Below are positions 58,053 to 64,000 of a stretch of 64,000 nt of DNA, piece after piece. How positions within the stretch are numbered: position 1 is the first letter of the stretch; every line of letters begins with the position of its first letter. A model generated the notes under the pieces. That model saw nothing but the letters and a program-made list of their open reading frames with translations. It was not told where the DNA came from and ran no database searches. Location: positions 1-64,000 of IMG/VR virus record IMGVR_UViG_3300029945_000001; one strand, written 5' to 3'. The position numbers and the translations under genes are program-made.

Positions 58053-58084
58053 CATAACAGGATGGCCAAGGCCATCCTGTTATG
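58053..58084. terminator. Hairpin CATAACAGGATGGCC-AA-GGCCATCCTGTTATG between convergent genes
   Basis: 15-bp arms. Confidence 0.78.
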
Positions 58085-58098
58085 GACTTTATATTTTT

Positions 58099-58929
58099 TT
58101 AAACCAATAAGACTCTACCTGAAACAAGATTAAATGATTTAATAATATTTTTTGTTGAAGATGACATATCATCACCACACCAAGTAATTGTATTATTTAA
58201 CTGAGTATACATTGACTCTGTATAAGTAAGAGAAGCATTACCGTATGTAGTTACACTAACACTCTGGTCAACACCGGAGAATAAACCAAGCTCTGAAACA
58301 GACGCAGCATAAGCCAAATCACCATAAATAGCAGTAATATATTCCAATAACTCATTATCATTAATCGTCAATGTCATAGTCGTCTGTGCATTAACTTCTG
58401 TTGTTGTAGAAGCATTACCAGATGAAGTAGGAACAGTTCTCGTAGGTGTAAGATTACTATAATCAATAACATAAGGATTCTGAAGACCAGTGGTAGCATC
58501 TGTTTCAACAAGAGAAATACCCCCAGACATAGTTGCTGTCTTTAACCAGTATGCATAGTAATTAGAAGAACCAACTTGAACTAAAGATCTAATTCTATAA
58601 TTAGACATTTCCGCAGCGGTAAGATCAGACTCAGTAGGAACAAATCTAAAAGGAATTGGAATAGAAAGACCCATATCTGATGGAAGAGGCTGATACGGTC
58701 TACGAATATTTGTAGAATCTGCATTATAACATCCATTAATACCAACACCAAAATACTGAAGACCAGGAATAGTAGCAGGAATAGCAGCAGGGAAAATATT
58801 ATAAAGGTTATTTAATGTTGTACCAGTATCATAATCGAGTCCTGATCCCGTAGTACAGGCCAATTCTCGTTTAGCACCAAGAACAGTTGTAACACTATAA
58901 CGAACAGCATTGGGAGTCGTTGATGTCAT
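58099..58929 (-). CDS. Virion baseplate/tail protein (phiKZ gp127-like)
   Basis: TTLN, YFGVGING, PIPFR, YYAYWLK, SELGLFSGVD motifs; synteny with the portal gene. Confidence 0.6.
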   Translation of the reverse strand: MTSTTPNAVRYSVTTVLGAKRELACTTGSGLDYDTGTTLNNLYNIFPAAIPATIPGLQYFGVGINGCYNADSTNIRRPYQPLPSDMGLSIPIPFRFVPTESDLTAAEMSNYRIRSLVQVGSSNYYAYWLKTATMSGGISLVETDATTGLQNPYVIDYSNLTPTRTVPTSSGNASTTTEVNAQTTMTLTINDNELLEYITAIYGDLAYAASVSELGLFSGVDQSVSVTTYGNASLTYTESMYTQLNNTITWCGDDMSSSTKNIIKSFNLVSGRVLLV

Positions 58930-58932
58930 TTT

Positions 58933-61119
58933 CTAAAATGTTCCTTCTTTGTCAATGAAAACAATACGCATCCCCATTGATACATATTGTGTTGTTTCTG
59001 TTGTTTGAGTACTTTCCAAAACATTTACTGTACAAATAGTATTTAAAGAAGAGTTTGTAGAATGTTCTTCGGTTAGTTTCATTGTTGATATGTTTTTTAA
59101 TGTTATAGAATCCTCATAAGATGGAAACTCTATGATATTAACGTTACATTCACTTAAAGAATCACTATCTTTATGAATTTCTTCAGTTTGTATAATATCA
59201 TAAATATTGTTATTTAATTCATAGGATGCTGTAGATTTTGTAGATTCGTCTGTATTTACAATAGACATAAATAGCCAATCTATTTCTTCATCATTATTAT
59301 CTAAGAACTGAACATTATAGCTACAGAATTTGATAAATATATTTTTTAATGCAGCATATAAATCTGTATCATAAATCAAAGGATTTGCGTTAGATCCTAA
59401 GAGTGAAGATTCGGATATTGGTAATGCTGCTGATAGTAAGGAATTTATAAATCTGGCATACGAATCTTGTAGTGTAGTTGTGTTTAATTCTATCGAATTA
59501 ATGATATCATCTAAATTAGCGATAGATGCTAGATATGAACTATAATTCTCATATGTCGTAAGATCGAGTGACAAAATCTCATTAACCAAAACATTAGAAT
59601 ATATATATTTCTGTATTTTATCTGTAACATAATCACTATTATTTCTAGAAGTTCTAATATCATCTAACATTGTAGAAAATATAGTATTCATTGAATTTGC
59701 AAATGTTGCCGGATCTTGTGTTGTTGTATACTTTATATTTTCACAATTAGAAACATCATAAAAGTTTTTAATGATATATGTTATTCCATTTAAATCATAC
59801 GTAGTTGGTAATGTACCAATATCTGATGTATATGCTGTATCGCATGAATAATATTTTGGAATATCTATTGGTGTTAATCCTATTAATCTAGACATACAGT
59901 AATGTATAAGAAGAATGATATCGTTTTGATTACATTCTATTGTTATTCCAGTCGTTGTTTCTGTAATAGCAACGCTAGCAAATTTATATATACCGTTTGA
60001 GATAGCATATATTAAAGTATCCATTGTAAATCTAGCAACCAAATATTGATACTTAGTATCCTGATTAACTTTTTCTAAAATAAGAAGTTTTGTAGGATAT
60101 TCATTTACTGTAGTCAATGCTAATTCTTTTGTTATCTTGGTGTTATTATCTGAACTATCATCTATTTCAGTTTTTGCAGTATACAAAATATCTGTCATCT
60201 CAGTAATAGTCTTTGGTTCAATTTGTGTTATATTTGCAGAAAAATTAGTTGGAATAATAGTAGATGTAACCATAGGTGTCCACAATAAGCTATCGGATAC
60301 TTGTTGATTGATATTAAAACCAACACAACCTATATTCAAAGCAGCCAATAAGTTATCAATAAGTAGAATAAGATTAGATTGTTTTCCTGCATTTCTATTT
60401 AAATAATCCATATTTAAATATAAGAATAGTTCCTGTTTTCTCGATAACAAATTACTATAATCAGGAATATTATTCGATAATAATTCTGACCAAATATGAT
60501 AACTATGAGCTCTTTCAGTATTTAAATTCTGATATCGCACTGCGTGTATTCTTGTAAACAAATTCTGCCACAATAAACCCCAAAAAGAAATGTCATAATA
60601 CGGTTCATATCTAAAGAATTTAAAATACCATTTATTAACTGCATAATCTATCAGAGATTTCAAACTAATTATAATACTATCTAATTCTGTTGTTTCTAAA
60701 AAGTTTAATGCATCATAATTTAAAATAGTAAAATCTGGAGCAGTTATTGCAGTAGAGATATCTACAGGATAAACGATACCTTGAATAACATCTAATTGTT
60801 CTGGATATGTTTCGCATAAATTTATAAAATATGTTGTTCCTGGTATATATCTTTCTTTTGTTACTGGATGATTTTTAAGGTTGTTTACTGTAAAATCTAT
60901 AGTTTCTTGTGTGTCTAGAGAAATTATTTCCATAATAGTATCAGTAGAATGATATTGACCGGATAAATTTAAATAATATTTCCAGGTAGATTCATCTGCA
61001 CTTATGGTAGAAGATAACTCTATTTCTGAATTCTGTAAAGTTGCAATTGGAGTAAATTTAATGACTAGACTCTTTAAGAAATTTATAACTTGTTCATCAT
61101 ATTCCTGAAGCGTTATCAT
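58933..61119 (-). CDS. Virion structural protein, probable baseplate (phiKZ gp128-like)
   Basis: WKYYLNLSGQYH, YPEQ..I.GI.YP, AHSYHI, LFLYLN..YL..NAGK, FCSYNVQF motifs. Confidence 0.65.
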   Translation of the reverse strand: MITLQEYDEQVINFLKSLVIKFTPIATLQNSEIELSSTISADESTWKYYLNLSGQYHSTDTIMEIISLDTQETIDFTVNNLKNHPVTKERYIPGTTYFINLCETYPEQLDVIQGIVYPVDISTAITAPDFTILNYDALNFLETTELDSIIISLKSLIDYAVNKWYFKFFRYEPYYDISFWGLLWQNLFTRIHAVRYQNLNTERAHSYHIWSELLSNNIPDYSNLLSRKQELFLYLNMDYLNRNAGKQSNLILLIDNLLAALNIGCVGFNINQQVSDSLLWTPMVTSTIIPTNFSANITQIEPKTITEMTDILYTAKTEIDDSSDNNTKITKELALTTVNEYPTKLLILEKVNQDTKYQYLVARFTMDTLIYAISNGIYKFASVAITETTTGITIECNQNDIILLIHYCMSRLIGLTPIDIPKYYSCDTAYTSDIGTLPTTYDLNGITYIIKNFYDVSNCENIKYTTTQDPATFANSMNTIFSTMLDDIRTSRNNSDYVTDKIQKYIYSNVLVNEILSLDLTTYENYSSYLASIANLDDIINSIELNTTTLQDSYARFINSLLSAALPISESSLLGSNANPLIYDTDLYAALKNIFIKFCSYNVQFLDNNDEEIDWLFMSIVNTDESTKSTASYELNNNIYDIIQTEEIHKDSDSLSECNVNIIEFPSYEDSITLKNISTMKLTEEHSTNSSLNTICTVNVLESTQTTETTQYVSMGMRIVFIDKEGTF

Positions 61120-61191
61120 TTATGGTTCTTCTCCTTTTTACATAGAGAGATCATATCATAAGTAGTCATTTTTACAAAAGGAAATATTCTG

Positions 61192-63639
61192 ATGACACTT
61201 AAAGACAGACTTATGAGTACTCTTAGTATTTTTATAAAAGATAAACAATATACTGAACCATCTCTAGATATTAATTTTAACCCTTCTACAAGTATTTCTA
61301 ATGATCAGAGAAAAGAATTATTAAATAAGATTCAAAGATCCTCTCTGGACAATAGAGGAATAGATCCTACATCATTCTTAAGTAATTATCTAAAACCTAT
61401 TGCTTCTGAGACAGCAAACTTATCAGTTGACAACTTAGAGATTATTAGACTTGTTCCAGAAATTGGTAGAGCAATAAATGTTATTATTCCTCATATTTAT
61501 GCACCCAATGATTTACAAGATAATACAATCCCTATCGTCGTTAATCATGCTAGTCTTTCCGAACCACAGAAGAAAGCTATTGGAAAGACATTAGAAAAGT
61601 ATTTTAATGAAACATTAGAATTACCAACTAAAGCAAAACATTGGACAAAACAAAGTCTTTATATTGCTGGGTCTTCTCCCATTTGTATCATACCACTGAA
61701 TGAAATTGATACTCTCATAAACGATAGTAACAATATCGTTCCTGGTACAGAATCATATAATGAACACTTTAAAAAATTAAATAATAGTATTTTTAAAGAT
61801 GCCAATATGTTTTATGAAAACAGGACTGAAGAATCTGTAGCTACAGAAACATTAGCTATGGAAAATCTTTATACTGGAATTTCATCTTTAGAATATGGTT
61901 ATGATGAAAATATAAATAAAAAAATACAATTTTCTCAGAATAAAAACAAAGAATTTGCCACATTTGCTATGGAAGCATTAGGAGAAAATGCATTCGGATT
62001 AACTGATAATATTGATATTCTAAAAATGCCAGAAGCCACAACGAAAGCTGGTAATAATAAAGTTAAACAACATGTTGCATTGCGATATAAAACAACAGCT
62101 ACTACATTCTTGGGGAATGGTGAAAAGGGTAAAAAGAATAAAGGTCATCCTGTTTATATAGAACTTCCTCCAGAAAGTGTTGTTCCTATTTATGTTCCAG
62201 GTTCACCTAAAAACCACATTGGATATCTTGTTCTTTTGGGAGATTATGGTTCTCCTATTAACCTAACTGAATCTGTTAAAGATGTTACTTATTCAACATC
62301 TAAACGAGTTAATTATGATACACTCTATAAAACATTCGGTTATAATGGAATTAAAGATCCTACCCAACAGTATTTAATGATGCAGACTCTATATGGACAA
62401 CTTATTAATGCTCATGTTTCTGGAAAGTTAGAAAAGGTTGGATATAAAGATGTAGAATTTGGAAATATAGAAAATATTTACAAACACATGTTTACTAGAT
62501 TCTTAGCATCAAGAAGATCAAACATATTATTTGTACCGAAAGAATTTATGATTTATCATCATTATGATCTAAATGCAGATGGTACTGGTAGATCTAAATT
62601 AGAAGATATTAAATTTATATTGTCTTTAAAAATGACTATTATGATTGCCTCTGCACATTCTGCTATTCGCTCTGCTATTGACAAACGAACAGTTGAGGTT
62701 ACATTAAATAATAAGATTACGAATGTTGAAGGACATCTTAAGAAGTTAGAAAAAGCGTTTGTTCAGAAAAACATGGTTAAATTTTCAACAGATCCGTCTC
62801 AGGCTGTTAGAACTATATCGGAAAAATCATTATCTTTTAAGGCTAAAGGTATTCCTGGTCTGGGTGATTATGAAGTTACAAGTGAAGCTACACCCGATAA
62901 TAGTAGTTCTGAATTTAGAGATATTTTAGAGTATTTTGATAATATTATTCAATATCACTTTGATGTTCCCCCATCTGCTTATAATTCAATGAACGAAAAC
63001 GAATTCTCTAGATCGATTGTTATGTCGAATATTTATTTTAGTAGAATTATTCAAGCTTTACAACAACTTACAATAAAACATTTAAATAATTTTATCAGAA
63101 CATATATTAGTTTTTCACAACCTCTTATTGAAGAAATTAATAAAATTATTAATATCAAAGTAGATGGCGAAGATAAACTATCAGATGGTTCTGGCGTAGA
63201 AGATGAAAATAAAACTGAAAGTACCAAAGAAAGACTTGAAGAGATTATTAATAGTATTAGTGTTCATCTACAGGTTCCGAATGTTGGTCCTAACAAAACA
63301 CAATTTGACGATCTTGATACATTCTCTGAGTCTCTTGATAAAGTACTTGATAAACTTTATAGTGTTCCTAAAGAACTTGAAGACGATCCTCTTACATTTG
63401 TTAAGTTTGTTGTTAAAGAAAAGATACTTAGAAAATATCTATCAGAACAAAATGTCATGGACTCTGATGAATTCCCAACAATCGGTGAGATCGATAAAGT
63501 TGCACTTGACGAAACTATTCATGAATGTATTAATCTTATTAATGCAATTAAAACATCAAAGCGTTTATATAAACAGAAAGCTAATAATAATAATCAAGAT
63601 GATGATAATTCTGGTTTCGAAGATAGTGATAAATACTAA
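61192..63639 (+). CDS. Portal protein (phiKZ gp129-like)
   Basis: 815 aa; LVPEI, GHP...LPPESVVPIYVPGSPKNHIGY, GTGRSKLE, EFSRSIVMSN motifs; divergent from the gp128-like gene. Confidence 0.75.
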   Translation: MTLKDRLMSTLSIFIKDKQYTEPSLDINFNPSTSISNDQRKELLNKIQRSSLDNRGIDPTSFLSNYLKPIASETANLSVDNLEIIRLVPEIGRAINVIIPHIYAPNDLQDNTIPIVVNHASLSEPQKKAIGKTLEKYFNETLELPTKAKHWTKQSLYIAGSSPICIIPLNEIDTLINDSNNIVPGTESYNEHFKKLNNSIFKDANMFYENRTEESVATETLAMENLYTGISSLEYGYDENINKKIQFSQNKNKEFATFAMEALGENAFGLTDNIDILKMPEATTKAGNNKVKQHVALRYKTTATTFLGNGEKGKKNKGHPVYIELPPESVVPIYVPGSPKNHIGYLVLLGDYGSPINLTESVKDVTYSTSKRVNYDTLYKTFGYNGIKDPTQQYLMMQTLYGQLINAHVSGKLEKVGYKDVEFGNIENIYKHMFTRFLASRRSNILFVPKEFMIYHHYDLNADGTGRSKLEDIKFILSLKMTIMIASAHSAIRSAIDKRTVEVTLNNKITNVEGHLKKLEKAFVQKNMVKFSTDPSQAVRTISEKSLSFKAKGIPGLGDYEVTSEATPDNSSSEFRDILEYFDNIIQYHFDVPPSAYNSMNENEFSRSIVMSNIYFSRIIQALQQLTIKHLNNFIRTYISFSQPLIEEINKIINIKVDGEDKLSDGSGVEDENKTESTKERLEEIINSISVHLQVPNVGPNKTQFDDLDTFSESLDKVLDKLYSVPKELEDDPLTFVKFVVKEKILRKYLSEQNVMDSDEFPTIGEIDKVALDETIHECINLINAIKTSKRLYKQKANNNNQDDDNSGFEDSDKY

Positions 63640-63648
63640 GTATAAAAC

Positions 63649-63680
63649 TGATAGGAATGGGCAAGTGCCCATTCCTATCA
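63649..63680. terminator. Hairpin TGATAGGAATGGGCA-AG-TGCCCATTCCTATCA between convergent genes
   Basis: 15-bp arms. Confidence 0.78.
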
Positions 63681-63695
63681 TATCCGACAATTGTC

Positions 63696-64000
63696 TTAAC
63701 CCATAGCGTAATAATTAGCTTCAGCATCTTCCTGCTGAGCCTGAATACCCATATCAGCAAGTTCATCAGGAATATCGCTAGCAACCGGAGTAGCAAGATT
63801 GTAATTAACACGATGCAAACCAAGACGATCGGCGATGATCTGACCAGCAACTTTTGTATTATAATTATGTTGAATAAGACCAGTATAAGCAATAGATCTT
63901 TCAGGAACTTCACCATGAGAAATAGTACGTTTCCAACCAAAATTACTTGTTTCGGTCGGGAACATACAAGTGGAATAATAGGCATCAATAATGTTCTGAG
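63696..64000 (-). CDS. 3' end of a gene entering from the right edge; probable tail tube protein (phiKZ gp30-like)
   Basis: Frame open to the edge: ...NIIDAYYSTCMFPTETSNFGWKRTI..E..SIAYTG... Confidence 0.45.
   Translation of the reverse strand, partial: QNIIDAYYSTCMFPTETSNFGWKRTISHGEVPERSIAYTGLIQHNYNTKVAGQIIADRLGLHRVNYNLATPVASDIPDELADMGIQAQQEDAEANYYAMG

Noticed and set aside
56512-58053. Stack of antisense ORFs in the 544-aa gene
   Set aside because: Mirror-frame artefacts of codon bias.
1-64000. Alternative genetic code, introns or inteins in RNAP, polymerase or topoisomerase genes, tRNAs, uracil-DNA
   Set aside because: Long ORFs are intact in code 11 and use all three stops. I saw no homing-endonuclease or intein motifs and no tRNA-like sequences by eye. 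Base modification cannot be read from sequence.

Overview
This is an AT-rich, gene-dense 64 kb segment of a phiKZ-like jumbo phage (Chimalliviridae-type). All assignments come from motif recognition and recalled phiKZ synteny, not database searches. Core genes: all four split virion RNA polymerase subunits (betaN, partial at the left edge; beta'N/M; beta'C; betaC), one non-virion RNAP subunit (betaN), the polymerase half of a split family-B DNA polymerase, a 2158-aa gp181-like tail protein with a muramidase domain, baseplate, inner-head and portal proteins, and the 3' end of a probable tail tube gene. Accessory genes: a GyrB/GyrA type II topoisomerase pair, a divergent chaperonin, an HslV-like Ntn protease and a HExxH metalloprotease. 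About 17 long intergenic palindromes punctuate the window, and TATATTAC early promoters drive small, GC-richer genes. Most notable: (1) a four-gene operon between the two vRNAP genes encoding a radical SAM/SPASM maturase and a Cys-rich (CN)n-repeat protein, a candidate phage RiPP-like or virion-protein modification system; (2) an unannotated -1 frameshift (T TTT TTT, 34835-34841, minus strand) that joins a 553-aa protein to a start-less downstream frame, like lambda G/GT tail chaperones; (3) a palindrome-delimited array of tiny early genes. I saw no tRNA, rRNA, CRISPR array or chimallin gene.
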